DNA of 64,000 nt. It comes from an uncultured delta proteobacterium (GTDB taxonomy: Bacteria > Myxococcota_A > Polyangia > Polyangiales > JAFGIB01). Location of the stretch: assembly GCA_963778655.1 (NCBI GenBank), contig CAVZVA010000010.1:1576924-1640923 (forward strand), in the 5' to 3' direction. A program made the position numbers and the translations under genes. Shown piece after piece: positions 1-9,879 of this stretch; position 1 is the stretch's first letter; each line of letters starts with the position of its first letter. The notes under the pieces were generated by a model that worked only from the letters and a program-made list of their open reading frames with translations, had not been told where the DNA came from and ran no database searches.

Positions 1-295
1 CCCGGCCACGCACCAGGCGGTGCCGTCGCACTGCGACCCGAACGACCCCAACGCTCCGCCGATGGGCCTGCGCGTGCGCCTGCGCGCCGACTACGATTTG
101 TCGAGCCTATCGCCGAGCGCGCAGGTAGTGGCGCGCGCGATGCAGCGCTACGGGCTGCTGCTCGCCGACAACGGCAGCGACTTCTATTTCCAGGGCGAGG
201 ACAACCCCGGCTGGACCGACACCGACGTCGAGCCGCTCAAGACCCTGCCGGCCTCGGCCTTCGAGGCGATCGTGCCGCCCGCGCTGGAGCCCTGA
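1..295 (+). CDS. hypothetical protein, C-terminal fragment (gene starts upstream of the window)
   Basis: The frame of track ORF 20..295 stays open back to base 2. The stop TGA (293-295) shares its A with the kup ATG (TGATG). No family motif recognised. Confidence 0.45.
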   Translation, partial: PATHQAVPSHCDPNDPNAPPMGLRVRLRADYDLSSLSPSAQVVARAMQRYGLLLADNGSDFYFQGEDNPGWTDTDVEPLKTLPASAFEAIVPPALEP

Positions 296-2205
296 TGCGG
301 GGTGACGAAGCGACCGCCGTCTCCACGCGCCGCCGCCCCGAGCCGGGCGCGGCACGCTGGTCGCTGATGCTCGCCGCCATCGGCGTGGTCTACGGCGACA
401 TCGGCACCAGCCCGCTGTACGCCGTCAAGGAGTGCTTCAGCCCGCACAGCACGCACCACGTGCCGGTGACCGTGGAGAACGTGCTGGGGATCCTCTCGCT
501 GGTGTTCTGGGCGCTGCTGATGGTGGTGAGCGTCAAGTACCTGGTGTTCGTGCTGCGCGCCGACAACGACGGGCAGGGCGGAATCCTCGCGTTGCTGGCG
601 CTGGTGCCGCGCCGGACCGGGAACGGCGGGGCGGGTTGGCTCGCCTTGCTGGTGTTGTTCGGCGCCGCGCTGCTGACCGGCGAGGGGGTGATCACGCCGG
701 CCATCTCCGTGCTCTCCGCGGTCGAGGGGCTCGGGGTCGCGACCAACAAGCTCGAGGTCTTCGTGGTGCCGATCACCTGCGGCGTGCTGATCGCGCTGTT
801 TGCGGTGCAGCGCAAGGGGACGGGCGGCATTGGCAAGGTGTTCGGACCGATTACCGTCACCTGGTTCGTCACCATCGCGGTGCTCGGGGTGCGCGAGCTG
901 GTGACCGATCCGGCGGTGCTCGCAGCCGCCGATCCGCGTCACGCCGTGCGCTTTCTGCAGCACCACCGCGGGCACGGCTTCCTGTTGCTCGGCGGGGTAG
1001 TGCTGGCGATCACCGGGGTCGAGGCGCTCTACGCCGACATGGGCCACTTCGGCCGCGGCCCGATCCGCGTGACCTGGTTCTCGGTGGTCTGGCCCGCGCT
1101 GCTGCTCAACTACTTCGGTCAGGGCGCGCTGCTGCTGGCCCGACCGGCGAGCGCGACCAATCCCTTCTACGGGCTTGTTCCCGAGGTCGCGCTCTATCCG
1201 GTGGTGACGATTGCCACCGCGGCCACGGTGGTCGCGTCGCAGGCGCTGATCTCGGGCTTGTTTTCGCTGATCCAACAGGCCGTGCAGCTCGGGTTCTTTC
1301 CGCGCGTGACGGTGATCCACACCTCGCAGCAGACCGAGGGCCAGATCTACATCCCCGAGGTGAACTGGGGGCTGTGCATCGCGTGCATCGGCCTGGTGCT
1401 GGCTTTTCGTTCCTCCGGCGCGCTGGCGGCCGCATACGGCATCGCGGTCACCGGTACCATGTCGATCACCTCGATCGTCTACTTCGTGGTCGCCACCCGG
1501 ACCTGGCAGTGGCCGTGGTGGAAGGCGGGGCCGCTGGTGGCGACATTCCTGGCCATCGATCTGTCCTTCTTCACCGCCAACGCGGCCAAGTTCTTCCAGG
1601 GGGGGTGGTTTCCGATCGTGCTCGGGGTCGCCCTGTTCACCGTGATGACGACCTGGAACGCGGGACGCCGCACACTCGCCCAGGTCTTCAAGGATTCGAC
1701 GCTGCCGCTGGAGTCGTTCCTCGATGACCTGGCCGAGCACGAGCCCCACCGGGTGCGCGGCACGGCGGTGTTCATGTCGTCGAGCCCGACCGGCACGCCA
1801 CCGGTGCTGCTCCACCATCTCAAGCACAACCAGGTGCTGCACGAGCAAGTGGTGCTGCTCTCGGTGCTGGCCCTGCACGTGCCCGAGGTGCCGACCGACG
1901 GGCGTGTCGAGGTGACCAGCCTGGGGCTGGGCGTGTACCAGGTGATCGCGCGTTATGGATTCATGCAGCAGCCCAACGTGCCGCAGGTTCTGGCGCTGTG
2001 CGCGCGCAAGGGGCTGATCACCGATCCGGCGCGCACCAGCTATTACCTCGGCCGCGAGACCCTGCTGCCTACCGGCCGTTCGAAGATGTGGCGCTGGCGC
2101 AAGAGCCTGTTCGCGTACATAGCGCGCAACTCACGCCCCGCCACCGCGTACTTCGGGCTGCCGCCGAACCGCGTGGTGGAGCTCGGCATGCAGCTCGACA
2201 TCTAG
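295..2205 (+). CDS. kup: KUP/HAK/KT family potassium uptake transporter
   Basis: 636-aa ORF. The N-terminal signature 'VVYGDIGTSPLYA' is diagnostic of Kup. A polytopic membrane region is followed by a cytosolic C-terminal domain ('SYYLGRETLLPTG'). Confidence 0.9.
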   Translation: MRGDEATAVSTRRRPEPGAARWSLMLAAIGVVYGDIGTSPLYAVKECFSPHSTHHVPVTVENVLGILSLVFWALLMVVSVKYLVFVLRADNDGQGGILALLALVPRRTGNGGAGWLALLVLFGAALLTGEGVITPAISVLSAVEGLGVATNKLEVFVVPITCGVLIALFAVQRKGTGGIGKVFGPITVTWFVTIAVLGVRELVTDPAVLAAADPRHAVRFLQHHRGHGFLLLGGVVLAITGVEALYADMGHFGRGPIRVTWFSVVWPALLLNYFGQGALLLARPASATNPFYGLVPEVALYPVVTIATAATVVASQALISGLFSLIQQAVQLGFFPRVTVIHTSQQTEGQIYIPEVNWGLCIACIGLVLAFRSSGALAAAYGIAVTGTMSITSIVYFVVATRTWQWPWWKAGPLVATFLAIDLSFFTANAAKFFQGGWFPIVLGVALFTVMTTWNAGRRTLAQVFKDSTLPLESFLDDLAEHEPHRVRGTAVFMSSSPTGTPPVLLHHLKHNQVLHEQVVLLSVLALHVPEVPTDGRVEVTSLGLGVYQVIARYGFMQQPNVPQVLALCARKGLITDPARTSYYLGRETLLPTGRSKMWRWRKSLFAYIARNSRPATAYFGLPPNRVVELGMQLDI

Positions 2206-2605
2206 CGAGGCTGCGCCTCAGACCCACGAGACATGCAGGTGAGCCCCGCGGCGAGACCGGGCCTCGCCAGCTTTCTGTGACCGGGAGGGGCACGCGCCCC
2301 TGCCGCCGCACCGGCAAAGCCGTTGGGGCCTCACCCTCCCGCGAGGTCGTTGCGCTCCGCTCTCGCAAACTTGACTCAACTGTCCAGATCAGCCGGCCTC
2401 AAGGACTCTAACCGGAGCGGTATGGCGCGAGAGCTGCGCAGCTGCATGCGCGCCCAAGGTGCCGGCGTTGTAGCCAAATCGCTCAATGCGAAGCCCTCCA
2501 GCTCAATCGTTCCATACCGCCAAATCAGGTCAGTTGCGCATGGTAAGAGGCCCGCGAGCATGCGGGTGTCTTCCGCTGCTGGTTGGGCCATCCAGGAGAG
2601 CATCC

Positions 2606-4070
2606 ATGAGGGGTATTGGGCTTACCTTAATCGCAGCTGCTTGCGTGTCGCTGGCCGCATGCTCGAAAGCCAATAACAACGGTCAGGGCAGCATGACCTC
2701 GCAGCTGCCGGGCAACGGCGTGGGCGCGACCGGCGGGATGAGCGGCGCGCTCCCCGGGGTCGGGGGCTCGAACGTCCTGCCGGGAAGCGGGGGCGGGGGC
2801 GGGGGCGGAAGCGCGGTCATGCCGGCCGGCAGCGGCGGCACCGGCGGCGGCACCGGAGGTGGCAGCGCGGTCGCGGGAGCTGGGGGCGCGGCGGTCAGCC
2901 CGGGAACGGGCGGCACCGGCGGCACGGCGGCGGGCACTGGGGGTGAAGGCACCGCCGGCAGCAGCGGAGGCGGGATGCCGCCGCCCGACGTGATGGGCTG
3001 CGGCGACACCAAGCTCTATCAGGTGCCCGATGACCCGGGTGCGCCGGGTCCGTGGCCGGTGGGCGTCAAGACACTACAGGTCGCGATCGCGGGCGGCAGC
3101 ATCCCGGTGGAGGTCTGGTACCCGGCACCCTTCGGTAGCGGTGCGGGACAGACACGCGAGGTCTACGACCCTTCGAGCTGGATTGGCTCGGCCAGCGAAC
3201 GCATGAAGATCCCCGAGGCCGACAAGACGCCGGAGTCGTGCGACTGCTATCGCGACCTGCCGGTCGATACTACGCACGGGCCGTATCCGGCGGTGATCTT
3301 CATCCACGGCACGGGCTCGTTCCGTGTGGCCTCGCTGAGCACGATGACGCAGTGGGCGAGCCGCGGATTCGTGGTCGCGGCCGCGGACCATCCGGGCATG
3401 TTCCTGACCGACTATCTCGCCGACGGAGTGATCTCGCCAGGGCACCGGCATCAACCAGGACGTGAGCCGCGACGTGGACGCGATGCTGGCCGCGATGACG
3501 GCGAAGAGCGACGGCTTCGACTTCCTGGGCGACTCGCTCGACATGACCCGCATCGGCATGAGCGGGCATAGCCAGGGCGCCTCGTACGCGGCCGCGTTCG
3601 GCGCCAAGGGCAACGTGCAGGTCGACATGCCGTTCGCCGACTTTGGCGGGACGGTGGTCGGCGGCTCCATGATCAAGTCCTCGTTGTTCGTATCCGGCCT
3701 GTCGGACAGCGTCGTGGGGTACTCGTCCGACCAGACCGCGTATGCCGCCTCGCCCATGGTCAGGCGCCTGGTGGGTCTGACCGGCGGCGATCATCTCAAC
3801 GTGACCGACATGTGCTGGGTCACCAATTCCAAGGGCGAGACCGGTATCCAGGTCGCGAACGACTATGGGCTGTGCGGCGGCGTGACGCTGGGCTTGCTCA
3901 ACGTGCTGGCCAAGTGCGGGACGATCGATGCCAAGCGCGGCGTCGCGGCCGTCAACTACGTGACCACGGCCGCGCTCGAGGAGACGCTGCACTGCCAGGA
4001 TCGCAGCGCGGCGTTCGACATGCTGCAGACCAAGTACCCCGAGGTCGGCGACTTCCAGCACCAGCCGTAG
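2606..4070 (+). pseudogene. lipoprotein alpha/beta-hydrolase (PAF-acetylhydrolase/cutinase-like), interrupted by one apparent frameshift near 3430-3445
   Basis: ATG 2606 follows GGAGAG. Signal plus lipobox 'MRGIGLTLIAAACVSLAAC', then a Gly-rich linker. 'YPAVIFIHGTGSFRVASLSTMTQWASRGFVVAAADHPG' lies in the frame of track ORF 2486..3571. The continuation with the nucleophile elbow 'IGMSGHSQGASYAAAFG' lies in the frame of ORF 3462..4070. The frames join at '...YLADGVI / GTGINQDVSRDVDAML...'. Confidence 0.6.
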
Positions 4071-4209
4071 GGGCGGCACGCCCATCGGCGCTACAGCTGG
4101 ACCGCGGCCGCAGTGGTCAACCCCTGCGGCCGCTGCCCCGGCGGCAGCAGCGCGTTCGTCGGCATGCTCGGCTGCACGAAGGGCACGAGCAGCGCCTGGC
4201 CGGTGAGCC

Positions 4210-5976
4210 TCACGGCTGCGGCGCGGCCTCCAGCATGCGCTGCAGCGCTTGGACCTCGGGATGGCCCGGGGCGTGGGCGCGCAGCCAGCTCGCCTGGGCC
4301 TGCGCTTCGGGCATGCGTCCGGCGCGCGCCAGGGCGAGCGCCAGGCGCACGCGCGCCGCGATCCGCTGCGGCTCCAGGCGCACGCACTGCGCGAGCTCGG
4401 CCGCGGCTTGCGCGAAGTGCCCCGCTACACCTAGGCCCAGGCCGTAGTCGTAGTGCGCCTGCGCGTCGCCTGGACGCAGCTCTGCGCTGCGCCGCATGTG
4501 TGCCAGGGCCTCGGCCTGCCGGCCCTGCGCCAGCAGCAGCCCGCCCAGGTTGGCGTGGGCTTCGGCGTAGTCCGGGTCGCGCGCGAGCGCTGCGCGCAGC
4601 TCGGCGACCGCGCCTGGCACATCGCCTTCGGCGGCCAGCGCTTTGGCCAGGTTGTAGTGCGCGCGGGGGTTCTGGGGGCGCGCTTGCGCCGCGCTCTGCC
4701 AGGCCGCGCGCAAGCTCGCGAAGTCGGACGCGTGCGCCCGCGCGCGCGCCCCGAGCGCGCCGGCCGCCAGCAGCGCGCAGCCGCCCAGCAGCCAGGGCGC
4801 GGCGCCCGCGGGCGGAGCCCGTCTGGCTTGGAGCCAGGCCAGCAGCGCCTCGGCCAGCAGCACGCAGCAGGCGAGCAGCGCCAGCAGCGGCAAGTAGAAG
4901 CGCCGGTCGGCGCCGACCTCGGTGTGGATGCTGAACAGGCTCGAGCTCGGCGCCAGCACGCCGAAGATGAACGCGCCCGGAAAACCGAGCCTGGGATGGG
5001 TGACGCACAGCAGCGCGCAAGCCGCGACCAGCAGCCCGGTACCCAACAGGTAGGGCCACGCCGCGGCTGCGCTCTGCGGCAGCAGCGGGCCGTAGTCGAG
5101 CACCGGATGCGCCGGCCACAGCGCCACCGCGAAGTAGTGCGGAATGATCTGCGCCTGCGCGATCAGGTAGTCGGCCTCGGCGAAGCGCACCGATCCGGGG
5201 CGCGGGTCGCCGCGCTGCAGCCACGCGATCGGGATCAGGCAGGCGAGCAGGGTGGCGTGCAGCGGCAGCCGCGCGCGCAGCGCACCGCGCAGCGAGCCGG
5301 CGAAGAACGCGCGGTCGAAGAGCAGCGCGATCACCGGCGCGGTTGCGAACACCTCTTTGGAGCCGGCGCCGAGCAGCCCCAGCGCGGCCAGCGGCAACAC
5401 GTAGCGGGCGGCGCGCGCGTTTGCGGCGGCTCGCGCCAGCAAGAGCAGCACTCCGAGATAGGCCAGCGCGGCGAGCGACTCGGTGCGCTGGCTGGTGTAG
5501 AGCACCTCCTCGACGCACAGCGGATGCACGACGAACAGCAGCGCCGAGGCCAGGGCCAACGCGCCCGCGCGCGCGCGCACCCGCGGCGAGAACGCCGCCG
5601 ACCCCAGCAGCTCGCGCAGCAGCAGGAACCCGAGCAGCGCGACCGCGAAGTGCAACAGCAGGTTGGTGGCGTGGTAGGCGACCGGCTCGAGCCCGAACCA
5701 CGCGTAGTCCAAGGCCAAGCTCAGGTTGGCCAGCGGCCGCCCGGCCATCGGCGTGTCGCGCTCGGGTTGCAACGCGCGCGCCAGCCCCGGCCCGCGGATG
5801 GTGGCGTTGTCGACCACCGATTGCTGGTCGTCGAACAGGAAGGGACCGCTCAGACGGTCCGCGTAGAGCAGCGCGCAGGCTGCAGCAAGCACCAGCGCCG
5901 CCGCTCCGGTGATCGGCCCGCGCCTCACGCGTCTGCCAGATCGGGCGCCAGCGGCCGCATTCGTCCCACGTACCAA
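4210..5976 (-). CDS. polytopic membrane protein with C-terminal TPR repeats (TMTC/PMT-like glycosyltransferase architecture)
   Basis: 588 aa. N-terminus 'LYADRLSGPFLFDDQQSVVDNATIRG...RPLANLSLALDYAWFGLEPVAYHATNLLLH', followed by many TM helices. The C-terminus has TPR units ('AHYNLAKALAAEGDVPGAVAELRAALARDPDYAEAHANLGGLLLAQGRQAEA...'). Confidence 0.6.
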   Translation of the reverse strand: MVRGTNAAAGARSGRRVRRGPITGAAALVLAAACALLYADRLSGPFLFDDQQSVVDNATIRGPGLARALQPERDTPMAGRPLANLSLALDYAWFGLEPVAYHATNLLLHFAVALLGFLLLRELLGSAAFSPRVRARAGALALASALLFVVHPLCVEEVLYTSQRTESLAALAYLGVLLLLARAAANARAARYVLPLAALGLLGAGSKEVFATAPVIALLFDRAFFAGSLRGALRARLPLHATLLACLIPIAWLQRGDPRPGSVRFAEADYLIAQAQIIPHYFAVALWPAHPVLDYGPLLPQSAAAAWPYLLGTGLLVAACALLCVTHPRLGFPGAFIFGVLAPSSSLFSIHTEVGADRRFYLPLLALLACCVLLAEALLAWLQARRAPPAGAAPWLLGGCALLAAGALGARARAHASDFASLRAAWQSAAQARPQNPRAHYNLAKALAAEGDVPGAVAELRAALARDPDYAEAHANLGGLLLAQGRQAEALAHMRRSAELRPGDAQAHYDYGLGLGVAGHFAQAAAELAQCVRLEPQRIAARVRLALALARAGRMPEAQAQASWLRAHAPGHPEVQALQRMLEAAPQP

Positions 5977-6031
5977 AAGCCTCGCGAGCTGGCAAGAAGT
6001 CGGGCCCGGCGACGCTCGGACGCGATCACGC

Positions 6032-6451
6032 TCAGCGCACGAGCATCACCGCGCAGGGCGCGAGCATCGCAACCTGGTGGCTGATGGTCCCGACGCCGCC
6101 GGCCGGATGCTCGGTGTCGACGTGGTGGGTGGCCATCACGATCAGGTCGCAGCTCTCGCGCTCGGCTTGTTCCACGATCTCGCGGGCACGCCGGCCGGTC
6201 GCGATGCGGATGTCGACCTCCAGGCCCTTGCCCGACAGGCGCTCGGCCCACCCGAGCAGGGTGACCTGGGCGTTGCGCGTAAGCTCGCTGTAGAAGTCCT
6301 CGAGCTCCTCGCTAGGTACGTCCTCGATCGCTTCGATCACGTGCAGCAGAGTGACGCTGGCGCCGTGCATCTGCGCCAGCTCGGCCGCGGCATCCAGCGT
6401 GGCCCCGTTGTTCTCGGACAGATCGACAGGCAGCAGGATGTGCTCGAACAT
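6032..6451 (-). CDS. universal stress protein (UspA family)
   Basis: Start placed at internal ATG 6451 ('MFEHILLPVDLSENN...'). The C-terminus 'DLIVMATHH...GVGTISHQVAMLAPCAVMLVR' matches the Usp ATP-binding fold pattern. Confidence 0.8.
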   Translation of the reverse strand: MFEHILLPVDLSENNGATLDAAAELAQMHGASVTLLHVIEAIEDVPSEELEDFYSELTRNAQVTLLGWAERLSGKGLEVDIRIATGRRAREIVEQAERESCDLIVMATHHVDTEHPAGGVGTISHQVAMLAPCAVMLVR

Positions 6452-6619
6452 CACCTGTTGGACATAAGCCCCCGGGCCTCGACCGCAAGCCCAGGGCGGC
6501 AGGCTCGCGTGCGCGCGTAGTGACGCGGGAGCGAAGCGACCCCCGTGGGAGGGTGGGCCCCGTTGGGCTTTGCCCAACCGGCGGGACGGTCGCGTGACCC
6601 TCCCGATAGCAAGCCCCCC

Positions 6620-7396
6620 TCACCGCCGTTCGAAGCGCGGAGGCCTGCGTTCGGCCATCGCCCGCGTGCCCTCGCGGAAGTCCGCGCTCGCCTGTAGTCG
6701 TTCCTGCTCGGCGCGCTCGCGCGCGGTCGCGGCGCGGACGCGCGCGGCCAGGTCGCCTCGCAGGGTCGCGCGGATCGCCTCGATCGCGAGCGGCGCCGAG
6801 CCCGCGATCTCGCGCGCGAAGGCGTAGGCCTCGTCACGCAGGCGTTCGAGCGGCGCGAGGCGATCGCACAGCCCGAGCTGCAGCGCGTCCTCGCCGGGTA
6901 CGCGCGCGCCGGTGTAGAGCAGCTCGAGCGCGCGCTGCTGGCCGACCACCCTGGGCAGCGTCACCGTCAGCCCGAAGCCGTGGTGCAGCCCCAAGCGAGC
7001 GAAATTGGCGCTGAAGCGCGCCTCGGGCGCGGCGATGCGCAGGTCCGCGGCCAGTGCCAGCCCCAGCCCGCCGCCCACCGCGGCGCCTTGGACCGCGGCC
7101 AGGATCGGCTTGTTGGTGCTGAACACGCGCAGCGCCTCGTCGTAGAGGTGGCGGCCGTCCTGCGCCTGCAGCGGCAGGCCCCGAAAGTCCGCGCCGGCGC
7201 AGAAGTGCTTGCCCTGCGAGCACAGCAGCACCACGCGGCAGCCCGGCTCGCGATCGAGCGCCTCGAGGGCGTCCGCGATCGACGCGATCAAGGCGCGATC
7301 GAAGTAGTTGTCGGGCGGCCGCGCGATCTCCAGCGTGGCGACGTGGTCCTGCGCGAGATCGACGTTCACGTCCCCGTAGCCGCCGAAGCTCGTCAT
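6620..7396 (-). CDS. enoyl-CoA hydratase/isomerase (crotonase) family protein
   Basis: 258 aa. 'VVLLCSQGKHFCAGADFRG' and 'AAVQGAAVGGGLGLALAADLRIAA' are crotonase oxyanion-hole motifs. It lies 4 nt downstream of the acyl-CoA dehydrogenase stop. Confidence 0.85.
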   Translation of the reverse strand: MTSFGGYGDVNVDLAQDHVATLEIARPPDNYFDRALIASIADALEALDREPGCRVVLLCSQGKHFCAGADFRGLPLQAQDGRHLYDEALRVFSTNKPILAAVQGAAVGGGLGLALAADLRIAAPEARFSANFARLGLHHGFGLTVTLPRVVGQQRALELLYTGARVPGEDALQLGLCDRLAPLERLRDEAYAFAREIAGSAPLAIEAIRATLRGDLAARVRAATARERAEQERLQASADFREGTRAMAERRPPRFERR

Positions 7397-7400
7397 CGCC

Positions 7401-8585
7401 TCACCCCCTGTTGTCGCGCGGAAACTGCACCAGCTGTCGGGCCATGATCAAGCGTTGAATCTGCCCGGTCCCTTCGACGATGTCCATCGCCTTGACGTCG
7501 CGGTAGAGCTTCTCGATCAGGTGATCGCCGCGGCCGCCGGTAAGGCCCAGCAGCTCCATGCCGAGCGCCGCCGCGTCCTGGGCCACGGAGGCGGCGACCG
7601 CCTTGCACATCGAGGCCTCGAGCACGTTGGGGCGCTCCTGGTCGGCGAGCCAACCCGCGCGGAGGCACATGAGCCGCGCCATGCGCAGCTTGCGCGCCAT
7701 CTGCTCCAGGCGGTCGCGCACGCGCACACGCACGAGCAGGCCGTGCTCGCGCGCGAAGGCCAGCGATTCGTCGAGCGCCGCGCGCCCGATGCCGACAGCG
7801 TTGGCGGCGATCTGGGGGCGGCCGGCGTTGAAGGTGCGCATCGCGCTTTTGAAGCCCTCGCGCTGCTGGTGAGGCGTCTCGCCGCCGAGCAGGTTCTCCG
7901 CCGGCACCCGGCACTCGGCCAGCGCGAACGAGGTCGACTCGTACGCGCGCAGGCCCATCTTGCGCTCGATCTTGAACGGCCCGAGCCCGGGCGTGCCGCG
8001 CTCGACGAAGAACGCGCGCTGCGCGGCGCGGCCGCCCGCCGGGTCGAGCGTGGCCTGCACCAGGATCCAGTCGGCGCGGCTGGCGTTGCCGATGAAGCAT
8101 TTGGCGCCGTCGAGCACATAGCCCGCGCCGTCCTTGCGCGCGCGGGTGCGGATCGCGGCCACGTCGGAGCCGCCTCCCGGCTCGGTCATCGCGAACGAGG
8201 CCCAGCGCGGCCGGTCGGGCGCGAGGAAGGGGCCCAGGAAGCGCTGTTTCTGCGCTTCGGTAGCGAGCGCCAGCACGTTCATCTCGGGCAGGCCCGGGCC
8301 GGGGTTGGCGACGCCCACGCCGCGATCCCAGTACGCCAGCTCCTCGGAGGCCAGCAGCGCCAGCACGGTGTTGCGCGTGCGCTCGCGGCCGCGCTCGCTG
8401 CCCGGGCCGGCCCAGCGCGTGCGGCCTTCGCCGCGCGCGAGGTGGCGGGCGAAGTAGGGATGGTCCTCCGGGATGGGACGTTCCAGCCGGTCGGCCTCGA
8501 GCCCCACCGGCCGCACCTCGCGTCGCCCCAGCTCGCGCGCCTGCTCCAGCCGTTCGCGCGTGCGCCGATCGAGCGACAGCTCCAT
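7401..8585 (-). CDS. acyl-CoA dehydrogenase (subunit retaining the catalytic Glu)
   Basis: Start at ATG 8585 ('MELSLDRRTRERLEQAREL'). 'ASFAMTEPGGGSDVAAI' is an ACAD FAD/substrate motif. The C-terminal 'KLYRDVKAMDIVEGTGQIQRLIMAR' carries the catalytic-base Glu in the YEGT-type position. Confidence 0.85.
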   Translation of the reverse strand: MELSLDRRTRERLEQARELGRREVRPVGLEADRLERPIPEDHPYFARHLARGEGRTRWAGPGSERGRERTRNTVLALLASEELAYWDRGVGVANPGPGLPEMNVLALATEAQKQRFLGPFLAPDRPRWASFAMTEPGGGSDVAAIRTRARKDGAGYVLDGAKCFIGNASRADWILVQATLDPAGGRAAQRAFFVERGTPGLGPFKIERKMGLRAYESTSFALAECRVPAENLLGGETPHQQREGFKSAMRTFNAGRPQIAANAVGIGRAALDESLAFAREHGLLVRVRVRDRLEQMARKLRMARLMCLRAGWLADQERPNVLEASMCKAVAASVAQDAAALGMELLGLTGGRGDHLIEKLYRDVKAMDIVEGTGQIQRLIMARQLVQFPRDNRG

Positions 8586-9679
8586 CAGGCTTGCTCCGAC
8601 GCTGCCAGCGCGCAGAGCTCGAGCGGGATCTCGCCTTCGCACACGCCGGCGCCCGCCTGCTCGCGCGCGGCGTCCACGCCGCCCAGCAGCAGCCCCAGCG
8701 CGCGCGCCTCGCGCATGTATTTCTCGACCGGATGATCCTGCATGAAGCCGTGACCGCCCAAGATCTGCACCGCAGCTGGCCCCACGAAGCGCGAGGCCTC
8801 GACCGCCTCGACGAATGCGCCGGCTGCTTCGGCTGCGCACGGCTGGCCCTGCTCGGCGCGTAGCGCCGCGTCGTGCAACAGCAGGCGCGCGCCCTCCACG
8901 GCGGCGTGCATGTCTGCGATCATGAACGCCAGCGCCTGGTGGTGCGCGATCGGCTTGCCGAAGGCCACGCGTTCGAGCGCGTAGCGACGCGAGTAGTCGG
9001 CCGCTTGGCGCAGCACGCCGACCAGCAGCGCGCCTACGTACACGCGTGCGCGCGCCAGGGCGCGCCTCGCGCCGGGCGCGCCGTCGAAGCGCGCCGCGAC
9101 CGGCGCCTGACGCAGGCTGAGCGCGCACGCACCGGCCGCGCGCAGACCCGCACCCGGCAGCGGCTCGGCCGCCAGACCCTCGCGCAGCACGAGCGCGCCG
9201 TCGTCGCGCAGCACGACCAGCAGCTCCACCTGCTGCGCTGGCAGCCAGGGGATGCTACCCGAAAGGCCGCCCCCGTCCGGCTCGAGCGCCGCATCGCCGG
9301 GCGCGACCAGTAGCGCGCGCGCGCCCGGGCGCTGCAACAGCGGCAGCGCCAGCTCGCTGAGCGCACGCTCGCCGCCCAGCTCGAGCAGCGGGTAGAGCGC
9401 CGGGCCCAGACGATCGAGGGCGAGCGCCGCACCGGGATCGGCGGCGCCGAGCTCCTCGTTGACAAGGGCGCGGGCAAGCGGTCCGAGCGCGGCGCCGCCG
9501 AGCTGCGCCGGCAGCTCCAATCCCGCGAGCCCGATGCGCGCGTAGGCCTCTTGCGCCTGCGCGGCGACCCCCCGGGCGAGCTCGGCCTGGCGCAATCCCG
9601 CCTGCAGCTGGCCGGCGCCGAAGGCGCGCGTCGTCTGCACCAGCAGCCCGAGCTCCTCGGACAGGTCGAAGTCGAACAA
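8585..9679 (-). CDS. acyl-CoA dehydrogenase family protein lacking the catalytic Glu (putative non-catalytic partner subunit)
   Basis: Track ORF 8585..9832. ACAD C-terminal domain 'ERVAFGKPIAHHQALAFMIADM...ILGGHGFMQDHPVEKYMREARALGLLLGG', with Leu/Gly where the YEGT Glu normally sits. Start tentatively placed at TTG 9679 ('FDFDLSEEL...'). The stop TGA overlaps the downstream ACAD ATG (TGATG). Confidence 0.65.
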   Translation of the reverse strand: MFDFDLSEELGLLVQTTRAFGAGQLQAGLRQAELARGVAAQAQEAYARIGLAGLELPAQLGGAALGPLARALVNEELGAADPGAALALDRLGPALYPLLELGGERALSELALPLLQRPGARALLVAPGDAALEPDGGGLSGSIPWLPAQQVELLVVLRDDGALVLREGLAAEPLPGAGLRAAGACALSLRQAPVAARFDGAPGARRALARARVYVGALLVGVLRQAADYSRRYALERVAFGKPIAHHQALAFMIADMHAAVEGARLLLHDAALRAEQGQPCAAEAAGAFVEAVEASRFVGPAAVQILGGHGFMQDHPVEKYMREARALGLLLGGVDAAREQAGAGVCEGEIPLELCALAASEQA

Positions 9680-9879
9680 ACCCGAGCCCTTCGCGGTTGC
9701 GAAACCGCTTGCATCGTCGATCCATTCGCCTGCGCGATCAACCCGGCCGCGTGCTCGCGCCCGTCGCCGATTCGGAAGCGCGCGTTGACGCGCGCTTCCG
9801 AATCGGAGATAGCCTTGGCCCCATGGTGGCACCCTCCCGAGCGGGCGGGAGCGCGCGCCGCACCTCCGCGGCCGGCGAC

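Noticed and set aside
184-1878. 564-aa minus-strand ORF opposite kup. The same applies to 15021..16751 (+) opposite SulP, 30169..32625 (-) opposite copA, 36738..38177 (-) opposite cusA, 17401..19701 (-) and 60702..63686 (+).
   Set aside because: All give Arg/His/Gly/Asp-rich, motif-free translations. Each lies antisense to genes with unambiguous family signatures. They are GC-driven stop-codon depletion artefacts.
4091-5995. 634-aa alternative-frame ORF on the same strand as the TPR membrane protein.
   Set aside because: The 4210..5976 frame gives TM helices plus canonical TPR repeats. The 4091..5995 frame gives Ala/Arg/Gly low complexity.
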